A stretch of DNA of 63,645 bases, counting the filler, from Octopus bimaculoides (taxonomy: Eukaryota), in NCBI RefSeq assembly GCF_001194135.2. It is 8 parts of 7 records of this genome, joined end to end, with 100 filler letters (N's around TTAATTAATTAA, not from the genome) between each part and the next. Parts side by side here need not be neighbours in the genome. Positions count along the whole stretch, not along the records: positions 48,111 to 61,909 come from NC_069000.1; 7 more parts are not named here. One strand, written 5' to 3'. Shown here piece by piece: positions 48,701-61,909 of the stretch. The notes beneath the pieces are model-generated. The model was given only the letters and a program-made list of their open reading frames with translations. It was not told the origin of the DNA and did no database searches. Position numbers and translations under genes: made by a program. Numbering within the stretch: the stretch's first letter is position 1; every line of letters starts with the position of its first letter.

Positions 48701-50519
48701 AGGTATATATAATATACATATTGTATTGATATTCCCAATACAATGCTTGCTTTGCCTCGAGGATGTTCAGGTGTGCCAATGAGGAAGCTTCAAAGATGGT
48801 AGGCTGGCCACTTTAAATAGAATCAAAAATCCCCTTCAAAACATAACTCTCCCAGGAAAAGGAAGGACACATTAGATAACCTAGCTCTCTATGACTACAC
48901 GGGAATTCTCTTTCACAAAGATTAGTTCAATCAGGTTTGAAGAGCAAGTAGTCTTTGTGTCAGAATGTAAAAAGACATGTAGATAACATATAAAAGCATA
49001 CACGTAAATACCAGAACGTATTTCACCTGATACTGACAGGTGAACTCTCCGTATGGAGAGCATTTACTGAATGGACTTGCATCTGTGTTATTAAATACAT
49101 CAATGGCTATATTGTACTGCTACATGAAAATCATTTGAGAAATTGCTTGCCTTATATAAATACATTGATATCCTCGTTTATCCCTGATTTGTTCATCACT
49201 GATCCAGAGTAACATGGTACACTCAATTGTTAACCACGTTATGCTTATCACAAATTGATCTGGTTGGAAATCAGTGAAAGATTCTGCTTAAACCACAAAA
49301 GCATACCCAAGCAACCATCTATAATGCTCAAGACAATTAAAGGGCTTGGAATGAAACCTTATTTTACCCAAACGGTTTATTATTTATTTATCCCAGATTT
49401 ATTTAACACTATTTTCTTTTCTGTTTTTTGTTTGGAACCAATCACCTACACTAAACAAGGACTGATATATTTGCAATTAGTGTTTACACATGTACAAACA
49501 TACAAACACAATACATTAACACCATTACAACAATTAAAGCACAAAATATTAATATAAATAGAAGATAAAGTTATAGTACAATAAATAAATCGCATAGATA
49601 TTGTTAGAAATGTCTTTTGATAGTTATTTCAGTACAAGAGTTTGATCGCTTCAAACATGGTGGGGTTAAAATTTGAATACACAGACAGTCATTCTTATGA
49701 GTCAAGCCTACCCAAAATCATTGTTCAGCATTTCCTTGGACACACATACAAAAATTACTGTCATCATCATTGTTTTAACAGCTAATCTTCCATGCTTGCA
49801 TGGGTCAGATGGAGTTTATTGAGGCAGATTTTCTATGGCCAGATGCTCTTCCTGTTGCCAATTCTCACCTGTTTCCAGGCAAGGTAATATTTGTGCATGG
49901 TCAGACACATTTCTACTGATTATCAGAAAAGAATGACACTGATTCTATGACAGTAACACTTATTTGCAACTATCACAAAATGATGAGACAAAGAGAGCCC
50001 CCCCCACACACACACACACACACATACACACAAAGATGGGTTTCTTTCAGTTTCCATCTACCAATTCCACTCACAAGGTCTTGGTCAACTTGTGTTTATG
50101 GTAGCAAATGCTTTCCCAATGCTTTGGTTAACCTGGACTTACAGTAGTAAACACTTGCCCAAGGTTCCACATAGTAGGACTGAACCTGAAATCATGTGGT
50201 TGAGAAGCAGACATCTTAACCACAAACCTGTGCCTATTTTCGAAAATTCAGATCTCAGAAAATGACCAGCATGCAAAGTCAATGTCATCTATGTTACTGG
50301 TTATAAATTGCTTTTTAAAGGTTGAATTGGGTTGAATTGATACAAAGAACAAGATTCCATGCAACTGTTACAACATGAAATATCGAACCAACTTTCAAAA
50401 GAATCGGAATTTCTGATAGTATAACTAAAAAAATCTTTGATCTCACTCTCTCTCTCTCTCTCTCACACACAAACACACACACACACACACAGAAGCATGC
50501 ATGCAATAATATTTTAGTG

Positions 50520-50710
50520 AGCTGGAAGGTATCATTAGCATGCTGGGCAAAATGCTTAGTGGCATTTCATCTGTCTTCACGTTTTGAGTTCATATTCCGC
50601 CTTTCATTCTTTCAGGGTCGATAAAACAACCACCAACTGAATACTGGGGGTCAATGTAATCAACTTTCCCACCTCTCCTGAAATTGCTGGCCTTGTGCCA
50701 AAATTTGAAA
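50520..50710 (+). mobile_element. Old SINE family 2 copy
   Basis: CpG-decayed homology to other family 2 copies. Confidence 0.7.
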
Positions 50711-51606
50711 TTAATGATAGGACATAACAATTCTATTGAGAAGAGAAGAATTCATGAACCGAACCAATGACACATTCTTTTGAGCTTTCTAATGAAGTAT
50801 TACATAGGCCAACAGGGAATGGAATTTGAACCTGCTGATATCAACAACGGTAGTATGGCTTTTGCCAGTTTCAACTTCAATAGTTTAAATATGCAATACA
50901 GAGGGGTCAGGTCTTTTGGTCCCATATAAATGGCACCCATGAATCGTACTCATGGAACTGTCAGAATTTTCTTGAATTTTCTACTCCAATGTAGTTTTGC
51001 ATGCTGAACAATGACAATCACATTCACAGAAATTAATAATAGCAAAGTTACAAGCTTTGAAAATTATATAATTTTAGTCACGTAGAAGCACCCATTGCTG
51101 ACATACCAGAAGTTGCAATTGTCTGTTTCCATGGGAACAGCCTTAACATTATGTGACAGGACATGTGTTTTTGTGAGTTGATGGTTATGTAAAGCCCAAT
51201 ATTCAAAAGGTATGTAGACACAACATAGAGACAACATGATGGTGATGAATAAAAATATGTCAGGCCACATAACAATACAAAGACTATTAGGGTAAAAGAA
51301 TACGCAATTCAAATCTACTTTAAGCTGGAATAGCATAAATAAGAGGCAAGCATTGTTAGTCGTAAAGTTAGTTTTATGAAAAGGGGAGTTACATTTAAAC
51401 TTGGTTTTTGAAAGCAAACTGAACTTAGAGCTAATTTGGTTAAATGTCAAAAAAAAAAACATTGTTAGTTGAGGAGAGAAAAAAAGAATGGAAAGAGAAT
51501 GAGGAATGAAATAAAAAGTAGCAAGCAGCAGTGAAATGGGTAAATAGCAAACACAGAGACAACAGATATGAAGAAAACATGCAGTGGTGAGTTATTGGAT
51601 ACTGAC

Positions 51607-51798
51607 CACCTCGGGTAAGAGATTCAGGCTTTTCTTCTGGTGCACAGGCGACTGGACAGCACTGCCAGGGGCGCTACTAGGCCGTGAAGATGCCACACTG
51701 CGGTCGGAGCAGTCATCGGCCACTAGCATTTCAATCCTATTGCTTTTCACCCATGAGGAGATCCAGCGACTGCCATTAGTAGCGGGTAGGGACCCTAC
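51607..51798 (-). CDS. Candidate internal coding exon, 64 aa, phase 0/0 (VGSLPATNGSRWISSWVKSNRIEMLVADDCSDRSVASSRPSSAPGSAVQSPVHQKKSLNLLPEV)
   Basis: A GC/CpG-rich island in CpG-poor surroundings. Acceptor gtgccttcctgtttgcAG and donor GTCAGT. The 192-nt frame is open. Confidence 0.55.
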
Positions 51799-53458
51799 CT
51801 GCAAACAGGAAGGCACAAGGCATAGCAGATGAAGGGTTACTAAGACCAATGTTCACTAAGAGAAAGAAGATGGAGGAATGCAGTGTCACACAACATTACT
51901 TACAGCAATACTCTGTCATTTTTAAGTCATTGACGACTAGAGATGGCCACCACAATGGCACTGACTAGCAAATAATAACTAGAGATTATTAATATTAATT
52001 GGGGAGGAGGAGAACTTCACAATTATGGTCAACAGTAAAATATCACCAGGCAAAACGTCTATTAATTCATGGTTTAGCTGGTATAAAATTGCATACACAG
52101 AGGGGCAATGTTAGAAAGACTTTATGTGAAGTCAAGCAAGGTTTTGTAGAATAATACCTGTTCAATATTAGCAGAGAAACAAATATTTTGTATACGACTC
52201 CTTTAGTGCCTTATATGAAAGCCTCTAACAATTTTAAACTTCTATGGAAATCACAAACTATCACCATATCATGACAAACAAACTCAGTAGAAAAATGTGC
52301 TTTTTTTTTTTTTTAATTCCTTTTGTAAAAATCAATCCAAGCAGACAGCAGTGTGTTAGTTGTCCAAGTGCATAGCCTGGGCTCAAATATGCCCTGGACT
52401 TTTCAGTTTACAAGTTGTTATCGAAACGTTTTTGTGATGTCTCTTTACTAGAAAGCAGAAACCAGAAGTTTGTGTATTGGTCTTTTTGACATCAATTAAC
52501 CACAATTTTTTTTGTTTAAAAATTACAATAATTACAAACCTTAATCATGAGTAAGAGAAAGAATTATGAAGTAGGTTTCAAGTTGTAAGAAGTGGATTAT
52601 GCAGAAAGAGAGTTTACATAAAAAAAAGGGTCATGTAACTCCCCAGATTACAGTTCGACTTAACTGTGAGTCAATTACAAATACCTGCTGACAACCCCAA
52701 ACTAAGGGTGCAACTGGACCACTAGTATGACCCATCCATGAGTATATATGGTAGTAGATCTAGAGTAACCTCACCATACAGAATAACAAGTTATATAGAT
52801 GCCAAAAGAATGGAGATCATTCTTCTCCAGCAAAAGCTATGGGATGATTTGAACTCCCGAGAAAAAGCTAACAAAACTCATCAATTATACAAGTCTCCTG
52901 AACAGACAGCAGCAAGCAGTACCAGCTCCATGGATTGGATAATTTCAGATTTAAGTTCTGCTCAAGGGCATTAAACAATACTAGCAATGATGCATATAAA
53001 CCTTTAGATTTTCTGTTAGCAGTCTGATACTGTTAGTTTTGGCCAGCTTCAGTTCTTAAAGTTATAAGAAAGAAAAAAAATTAACATAAGACATGAGGAT
53101 TAACACACAACTTGTACACTAAGGTTCACCTAATATAATATTCTTTCTACTATAAGTAGAAGACCTGAAATTTCTTTTGTGGTGGTGGTGGTGGGGGGGG
53201 GGCTAGTCAATTACATCAACTCCATTGTGCAACTACAACTGATTTTAGCAACCTTGAAAAGATGAAAGACTAAGTTGACCTCAGCAGAATTTGAACTCAG
53301 AAAATAAAGCTAAAAGAACTGTTGGTGAGTATTTTTTTTACTCATGATTCTGCTAGCTCACTATCATATCATCTAATATGAATATGATATATATACATAT
53401 GTATATACAGATACGGAAAATGAGATGACAAAGTAATAATCATCTTATGAACTTTCTT

Positions 53459-53539
53459 AGCTTACAGCTGTTTCTGCAATAAGATGCATTGGGTTCATAG
53501 TTGGGTGCCTGAGTAAAGTTTTATAGTTTCATCAGAACC
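53459..53539 (-). ncRNA. Degenerate hammerhead motif (same stem III as 44554)
   Basis: GGUU-CUGAUGA...GAAAC-AGCU-GUA-AGCU; stem II has decayed. Confidence 0.4.
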
Positions 53540-53575
53540 TTAAACATAAAGTGCAATTTATTTGGGAAGACAATT

Positions 53576-53606
<31 letters not shown>

Positions 53607-53767
53607 CTATTAGGGATAGGGATCCAAATTTACAGGTAAAAACTCAATTAAATTCAATTTATTGAAAATTAAGTTAAGTTTCACATACACACATATGTAT
53701 ATATGTGACAGTGGATTTTTATCGATGAGCTCATGAACCTTGGTACTTTTCCCTATATATATATGTA

Positions 53768-53802
<35 letters not shown>

Positions 53803-54847
53803 NNNNNNNNNNNNNNNNNNNNNNNNNNNNNNNNNNNNNNNNNNNNNNNNNNNNNNNNNNNNNNNNNNNNNNNNNNNNNNNNNNNNNNNNNNNNNNNNNN
53901 NNGTACATGTGTCGCTCTGTGTAGCACCTTGAGCAAGTGACTTCTACTATAGCCTCAGGCAAACAAAGCCTTGTGAGTAGATTTGGTCGGTGAAAATCTG
54001 TAGAGAAAACTTTAAAAAAAGTGATTTTATTTGTAGCTTCATGCTTTATTCCATTATACTATCACAACATTGTACTCACATGCATAGAATCATAAATTAA
54101 ATTTTCCCCAACAAAACCACTCTAAAATATCTTTCAATAGGTGTATTAAGACACACATTTGTGTTTTTTCATACAATATCATTGTAACAGTTGACTGATT
54201 GAAAATATATGTTGTTTAACCAGACTGGATTATCAAGACTACTAGAGATCTATTGTTATTTGGTACTACACTGGACAAATAACAGCAAAAGAAAAAACAC
54301 AAAGCTCTTATATATAGTAATAGTAACAATAGTGAAATTATTGTGTCTAGTGCTCAGGTGTCCTACAACTTATCAAAGGTGCATGTACAGTACATAGAAT
54401 TATGTACAAATATCAGAAACTAGTACATTGCCTGTTATTTCATAAAAAAAGAAAGCAATAATGTTTCTTTTATTATTATTATAGGTGCAGGAGTGGCTGT
54501 GTGGTAAGAAGCTTGCTTGCAACCCAACCACAACATTCCAGGTTCTGTGTCGCCTTCTATTATAGCTTTGGGTGACTGTATAAAATACATTTCATTTCAT
54601 TTTGTTTTCTAAATTCCATAGAACCTACAGACAATTAAATTCAAGTTAGCTGCTACTATCAAACCTTGGAGGGAGGAAAAGCAAGGTCGACCACAGCAGG
54701 ATTTAAACTCAGAATGCTCTTAAAAAACGGTAGCATTTGGCTGGAAGTTCTTGAAAAGTTCTATGGTGATTGAGGTGATAAAATCGATGTAGATTTTTAA
54801 ATAAATGTGACAGGATAATTCCTGGAATGAAACAAGTTTTATGGCTG

Positions 54848-55214
54848 TGTAGTAACGCCGAGCGCATGCGTAGTCTCACGCATGCGTGGAATTAAACAAG
54901 CAAGCGTTCCCGCTTTAATCTTACTCTTTTACGGTCGGCCGACCATGAGCACGGACGTGTCAAGAGTGTCTCTAATACTCCAACCTGGAGACAGTCTCTT
55001 TACGTGTTAAGCTGTCTCTCTACATCTTTCGGACTTACACTCGACAGCTCGCTTACAACTACAGAACAACGTCTCAACAACTATGCTCATACACAACAGA
55101 AGCTGTAACAACAAGAACTAAAGATATGTCTATATTTACCACCTGAATAAAGTGTTGTTTAAGTTGATAGTCTGGAGTTCAGCGTTCCGTTATATTCTAA
55201 GTTTATAGTATACA
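54848..55214 (+). mobile_element. Possible solo LTR
   Basis: Starts TGTAGT and ends TATACA. The 5' half is CpG-rich and AATAAA lies ~60 nt before the end. No TSD was found. Confidence 0.4.
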
Positions 55215-55400
55215 TCTAAAGATGTATAACCCACTTTCTACTAAAGCTGTTACCTTAAACAAAATGCTTTTCAAACCAACAGAGCCGTCTATATATATGG
55301 TCGCTAAATTTGCTAGAAATAACAGCCAAACAGCATTCAAACTATATGTTACTGTTTTTAAAAAGAGCACACATTTGAATACGGTACATCTAGTAAAGGC

Positions 55401-55697
55401 AGAGGCACAATGGCCCAGTGGTAAGGGCAGCGGACTCGCGGTTTCGATTCCCAGACGCGTTGTGTGTGTGTGTTTATTGAGCGAAAAGACCTAAAGTTCC
55501 ACGAGGCTCCGGCAGGGGGTGGTGGCGACCCCTGTTGTATTCTTTCGCCCCAACTTTCTCTCACTCTTTCTTCCTGTTTCTTGAGTAACGCTGCGATGGA
55601 CTGGCGTCTTGTCCAGCTTGGGGGAACACATACGCCATAGAAACCGGGAAACGGGGCCCATGAGCCTGGCTAGGCTTTGAAAGGGCGACGAAAAAAT
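55401..55697 (+). mobile_element. tRNA-derived SINE with V-domain-like centre and 13-bp TSD
   Basis: A box TGGCCCAGTGG, B box GGTTTCGATTCC and gcgatggactggcgtc.tgtccag motif. TSD ATCTAGTAAAGGC at 55388-55400 and 55698-55710. Confidence 0.85.
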
Positions 55698-56841
55698 ATC
55701 TAGTAAAGGCTTTAATTCTGATCAGAGTTCTGTTTTGTTAGGACTGAAACAAGACTAAACAATAAAAATTTTAAAAAAACAAGGCTTATTTCTTTCTCTC
55801 AAAGCCGAGGCAGGACGGTAATAAGTTTCATGCGACACGCAGATGGGATCTGGGCAAAACATGGAGAAGGTTATGAAGTGATTGCAAGGGAGTGAACTGC
55901 GTATGACTTGTTGGATACATTGCGAAAACTAAGTACATATGAACAGAGAAAACTGTTGTTTAGCAACGAGCACCGCCGCCACCACNNNNNNNNNNGAACA
56001 CATACGCCATAGAAACCGGGAAACGGGGCCCATGAGCCTGGCTAGGCTTTGAAAGGGCGACGAAAAAATATCTAGTAAAGGCTTTAATTCTGATCAGAGT
56101 TCTGTTTTGTTAGGACTGAAACAAGACTAAACAATAAAAATTTTAAAAAAACAAGGCTTATTTCTTTCTCTCAAAGCCGAGGCAGGACGGTAATAAGTTT
56201 CATGCGACACGCAGATGGGATCTGGGCAAAACATGGAGAAGGTTATGAAGTGATTGCAAGGGAGTGAACTGCGTATGACTTGTTGGATACATTGCGAAAA
56301 CTAAGTACATATGAACAGAGAAAACTGTTGTTTAGCAACGAGCACCGCCGCCACCACCATAAACCCTGTGGGTACTTTTTGGTTATCCCACCCCCATTAA
56401 AAAATTGGGTTATCTCTCCACGTTTTACGAGAAATAGCGGTACTTTTGGTTATTTCCTTCAACTAAAAAAAAAAATGGAAATATTTAATAAACATAAAAA
56501 GTGAAAAGATGAAGTATAGAAAACTGAAAAAATTAATAAACATGAAAGAGTTAAATATTAAACATGTTGAATCTGATAATATTTTTATAACAAATCATAC
56601 CATGCCTATCAAGGAGGCCAAACTTCAACAATCAAAAGGATCTAACTCTTTTAATCTAATCTCTTGTCACCACATTAACTCAATTTTTTAAGAGGGAGAA
56701 AACCCAATTTTTTAACGGATGTGAGAAAACAAAAAAATACCATGATTGGCAAGCAAACATCTTAACCACACAAGCAACAGATATATGTGGACCTTGTATT
56801 TAAGGTTGGCCATGTGTTGTAGGTTCATATCTAGTTTAACA

Positions 56842-57057
56842 AAGGCGGCATGCTGGCAGAAATGTTAGCAAGCCGGGCAAAATGCTTAGCGGTATTTCGT
56901 CCATCACTATATTCTGAGTTCAAATTCTGCCGAGGTTGACTTTGCCTTTCATCCCTTCAGCGTCGATAAATTAAATACCAGTTGAGTACTGGAGTTGATC
57001 TAATCGACTGCCCCCCACTCCCAAACAATTTTGGGCCTTGTGCCTAGAGTAGAAGAG
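56842..57057 (+). mobile_element. SINE family 2 with 14-bp TSD
   Basis: TATCTAGTTTAACA at 56828-56841 and 57058-57071. Confidence 0.9.
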
Positions 57058-57139
57058 TATCTAGTTTAACAGCTGTCCAAGTGTACTAGATGTAAAAAAT
57101 GTGTAGTAAACGAATCTGAAAACCAAAATTTGCAAGCAA

Positions 57140-57388
57140 AATGCTAAGTTACGGGGATGTAAACACACCAGCATCGGTTGTCAAGCGATGGTGGGGGGGG
57201 TCAAACACAGACACACATACATATACACGACGAGCTTCTTTCAGCTTCCGTCTACCAAATCCACTCACAAGGCTTTGGTCGGCCCGAGGCTATAGTAGAA
57301 GACACTTGCCCAAGGTGCCACACAGTGGGAATGAACCCGGAACCATGTGGTCGGTAAGCAAGCTACTTACCACACAGCCACTCCAGCA
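57140..57388 (-). mobile_element. SINE family 1, 3'-truncated
   Basis: Homologous to 13101-13514. Confidence 0.85.
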
Positions 57389-57879
57389 CTTATGCAAGGA
57401 GTGTCCATTGTTTCCAAGCTTCTATGAACACGAAAACACATCTAGACGTGATGAGGATTGGCAACAGGAAGAGGATCCCGCCATAGAACATCTGCCTCAG
57501 CAAATTCCAACCGACTCCATTCAAGCATAGAAAAGTGGATGTCAAACAATGGTGATGATGCACAATACAAGACGAGATAAAATGTATCAGAAAAAAAAAA
57601 TTGAGTTTGTTGTGGCTAGAATATCTGATCAATACTGGTTTAATATTACAGAACAAGTGATTATATAACCATAATACTACTAAAGTGGGTTACATGGTTG
57701 TTGCAATCGATGCAACTACGAGTAATGTGAGAAGTCTTTCTTGCCTTGACATGCTAGCTAACTCTGTAACATTGATAATTTATAAGTTTTCCCCAGCAAT
57801 TTGCTGTGCTTGGGAAGACATGTCAAGTGAAATTGCCAATAACATGTTAAAAGCACCTGTGCTAGTGAAATGTTAAAGG

Positions 57880-59000
57880 CACCTGTGCCAGTAATACATA
57901 AAAGATATGGATGGTACCTTTGGTACAATACAATGGTGTTCAATTCTGACATTTGTATAACATTCAATGCCGAAATTAGGTTCTAGCCCTTCTAGAGTTT
58001 TCCATATGTAGATTTTTACATATCCGTTGTGCCTTTGCTCCAGGGAGTAAAGTTGCAGTTTTTTTCAAACTCTCCTTGTAACTCATCTGCTGCACTGTTT
58101 CAATCTTTTTAGTGTAGTGATGTTGGACCGCCTCAAGTTCCCTCTGCTGTTAGTCTGGTGGTGACCATAGCTGAGAGCAGTAGTCCAGGTGACTGAGAAC
58201 AAAGATCCTCCACAGGGTCAACATAACTTCTTGGTCTCTTGTCTTGAAGGACCTTAGTTTCTATCCTGCCTTTGCCGCCACCTTGGTTATGTGCATCATT
58301 GCACATACTGATCCCCAAGTCTTTCGCTGCCTGTGACTCTGGGATTGCAGTGCCTTTGGGTCTTGTATATGCAGGCTTCACAGCATTTATGAGTTGACAG
58401 TACAGTGCTTGAAATTTTCCGGTATTAAACTGCATGTTGTTTATTTCAGCCCATGTGTATATTGCATTCAGGTCCTACTGTAATCTTGTGATGTCATCTG
58501 GATTTTTATTGCCTATAATAATTTTGTATCATCAGTGTATCTAGTGACAATAACTGTCTGAGTGACCATGGGCTTGTCTAAGAGAGCTGTTATAAACAGT
58601 AATGGCCCCAAGACAGTTCCCTGGGGGATGCTATTTAGAATTTGAGTTACCTCAGAAAGGGCACCATTGGCTGCAACTGCCTGACTTCTGTCTTTAAGGA
58701 AGTCATGCAACCACTCTCCCAGTTTACCAGGAATGCCAAGGTCTTACAGCTTGTGAATATATGCCAATCTCTACTTTATCAAAGATTTTTGCAAAGTCAA
58801 TATATATCACATTGACATCTGAATGGCCAAGTAGCTGTTTCAAAATCAGGTCATAGTGCTGTAAGAGCTTTGTGAAGTAGCTTCTTCCTAGAGGGAAGCC
58901 ATGTATTGTTCAGTAAGATATTTTCTTGTAGGAACATTATCAGTTTCTTACTGATGTGTTCCATAACTTTACTGACATGTGAAGTCAGATTTTCTTCTTT
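57880..59000 (-). mobile_element. CR1-like LINE reverse transcriptase relic
   Basis: SHVSKVMEHI, IDFAKIFDKV, PQGTVLGPLLF, YTDDTK, MQFNTGKFQ and YIWKTLEGLEPN motifs, with stops and frameshifts. Confidence 0.88.
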
Positions 59001-59127
59001 CTTTATTGCCCACAAGGGGTTAAACATAGAGAGGACAAACAAGAAAGTCAGATTTTCTATTTAGCTACCGTTTACCACACAATTATCTGCAATGTATTAA
59101 TGAATTATATATATATAGATACACACA

Positions 59128-59280
59128 CAAGGGAGTACTGAAAAATTCCTGGTTTTAAAGGTATCACAAAAGGCTTGGTTGGAGGCCCAAACCTCCAAGT
59201 TCTTTTACAGGGCTTAGAAAAACTGAAGGACCACTGCAATAAGTGTGTGAATCTCAGAGGAGAATATGTTTCATATAATC
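59128..59280 (+). mobile_element. Short internally deleted mariner derivative
   Basis: A mariner-like start (gggagtactgaaaaattcctgg) is fused to the C-terminal FFYRGLEKLKDHCNKCVNLRGEYV. Confidence 0.55.
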
Positions 59281-59529
59281 GTAATTAAAGGATTCTCCTA
59301 AAAGACATGATGATCAGTTAACTTTGTAAGCAAAAAATATACGTCCAAAAGGATCATGCAGAAGGTGCTTCAAGTGGGATGGAGCATCTCCCTTATGTCG
59401 GTTCCAATCCTAGCAATGTTCAAAGGTGCTGCCATGTTTCTCATCAATGAATGGAGAATTCCAAATTAAGACAGGAAGCATCTTAGATGGGGGAATTGGC
59501 TAAATATTTCTTTCCTGGAGTTTAAAAAG

Positions 59530-59720
59530 GTCCCTTGGTCAAGCAAGTTTTTTTTAAATTCTTGTTCCCTCTCTGCCAAGCGAAGCTTCCATTATTTGCT
59601 CCCATTTATATAAGTCCCTAGCTGTTCAAGGAGCTTCCATCTAATTATGTATGGGGTTCCCACCTCTTTTAAGCACCATAAGTGACTGGCTAGGGATGGG
59701 ATGTTGTTCCTTTCCAGTAT
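59530..59720 (-). mobile_element. Penelope-like endonuclease C-terminal relic
   Basis: SLASHLWCLKEVGTPYIIRWKLL..YINGSK*WKLRLAEREQ resembles the LS.HIW.LK...I.W.I..Y..G.K.C.LCL.EK pattern. Confidence 0.6.
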
Positions 59721-61724
59721 CCTATATTCATATATGAATAAATACAAACACACACACACAATATATTTATATGTTTATCTGTGTTTGTACCCACCAGTGT
59801 TTGCTTATGTTTCTGTAACTTAGCAGTTTAACAAAAGAGGCCAATAAAATAAGTACCAGACTTTAAAATAAGCACTGAATCGATCTGTCCAATGAAAACC
59901 CTTCAAGGCAGTGCCCCAGCAAGGCTGCAATCCAATGACTTAAACAAGTAAAATAAAAAAGAAAAATTCTTTGAAATTCAAAAACAAAAAACTTTTTTAA
60001 ATAAAAGAAAAAAGGTTTGATCTCGCTACCAACTCATCACTTTTGCAACTGACCCCTGGAACCTACTGACATCCAGTATGTGGAGCTTTCAATTGACAGC
60101 ACATAAACAAGCCAGCAAGTTTTACAAGTCTCTACAATATAGAACAAAGTATTTTACTTTACAGACCAATCATTGGGAATATAGACTCATATCTTTTAGC
60201 TTTTGCTTCAGTCATTGAACTGTGGCCTTGCTGAAGCTCCAAACTGAAGTGTTTAGTTGAATAAATTGCTCCCAATACTTATTCTATCAGTTACACACCA
60301 ACTATGTAAACACACCAACTTTGGTTGGCAAGCAGTGATTGGGGAGAAGCACAAACACAAAGACACAAAGATATAAATAATGACTGTTACATATTTTTCT
60401 TTATTGTAGTAGATTTGATTTACAGCTGTATCAAGTAATCGTTATTCATAGGTTTACTCAATCAGCTCATTGATTGGTTGAGAAAAATTGAATTACCTAA
60501 AAAGTTAATGCTGTGTTTGTCAGTGATTTCTGCAAATATGGGGAGAAGAGCAAAGAGGAGCAATAAGAATTAGTATGAGGTAAGTAAGAGGAGATAAATA
60601 GGACACAGAGAAGAGAAGTAGTGGTTTGGAGAAGGACTAAAATGAAGAGAAGGGAAAAAAGGAAGCGAGGAAGGAATAGCAAGAATAGAAAAGGAGAGGC
60701 TTTCAACAGGAAAAGGGACAGAGGATAGCCAAGATTAAAGAAAGGATACTTATAAAAAAAATTGTCTGTGTAACTGGGTCATCACATACTAAAACATTTG
60801 CATTATTTTCAGGTCAAATACAATCCAGATATTGTGCTTGGTTACAAGTGCAATTGTATTATAATTGCACCATCACACATAGTAGTTGTACTGTCATGTA
60901 TAGTGGGGGAACTGTATTAGAAAATGAATGAAAAATCAGCAGTAACTATGTTATGGTGGGAAGGTTGAGGAAGCTTTGGTGAGCTTGGATATTAAATAGA
61001 GAAAGAAGGAGAAATGTGAGGTTAAAATACAATAAAATCAAGTACAGTTATTTAAAAACCAAATAAAATTGAAGCTGAATAAAATTTAAATTATAACGGT
61101 GTGTTCTTCATAGTCTTCTTTTACTGGCTCATAATTAGCTGATCCTCCTGTATTTTCTTTTACCCAAAGCCAGGAACTTTTCAGCACCTCCTTGTGTGTG
61201 TGTATATATATACATACATACATATGTATATATATATATATATATAATCAATTAAACCCCCACCCCGAAGTGACAGGTAGATCAAATTTAATTCTATATG
61301 TTTACAGTTGTTTCATAATTTACTTTCTGTTATATCATTGATTCTTATTTGAAGATACATACACAGTGTATAGATTATATATATATATGCATACATGTAC
61401 ATGCACACATACATTTGTCTAGTTATGTATGTATATGTAAGCTATATGTATATAATGTGTATGTGGAATGTATATATTGTGTATGTATCTTCAAATCAGT
61501 CAGTGATGTAACTGAAAGTGAATTATGAAACAGTTGTAACCATTACGAATTAAATCATATCTGCCTCTCACTTTCAGATTTGTGAAACAAGTAAAAAGAT
61601 TTTTAGAAAAAAAAAAAAAAACCGAGGGGTTAATAGAAAAATTTCGAGAGATTTGGCTGTTGTTTCTAGCAAGTGGCGATACCTTCTAGACTTAACTTCA
61701 TGTGTTGGCTGAAAATCATAAAAA

Positions 61725-61909
61725 AATTCTGGGGTTGTAACATTCGACTAAAAATTCTTCAAGGTGGTGCCCCAGCATGGCCGCAGTCTAATAACTGTAA
61801 CTAGTAAAAGGGGAAAACAATTCTGGGGTCGATATGTTCAACTAAAAATTCTTCAAGGCAGTGCCCCAGCATGGCCACAGTCGAATGACTGAAATAAGTA
61901 GAAGGTGAA
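61725..61909 (+). repeat. Two tandem ~94-bp SINE family 1-like 3' halves
   Basis: aattctgggg...ggtgccccagcatggcc.cagtc occurs at 61725 and 61819. Confidence 0.75.

Noticed and set aside
55401-55460. tRNA-like A/B boxes here and in other SINE heads
   Set aside because: They cannot form complete cloverleaves and continue into SINE bodies, so they are not tRNA genes.
55624-56357. 362-bp direct repeat either side of a 10-N gap
   Set aside because: The copies appear identical and abut a minimal gap, indicating an unmerged contig overlap.
60810-60920. VKYNPDIVLGY resembling a family B polymerase exonuclease motif
   Set aside because: Similarity covers about 10 residues, there is no good donor, and the downstream sequence does not match.
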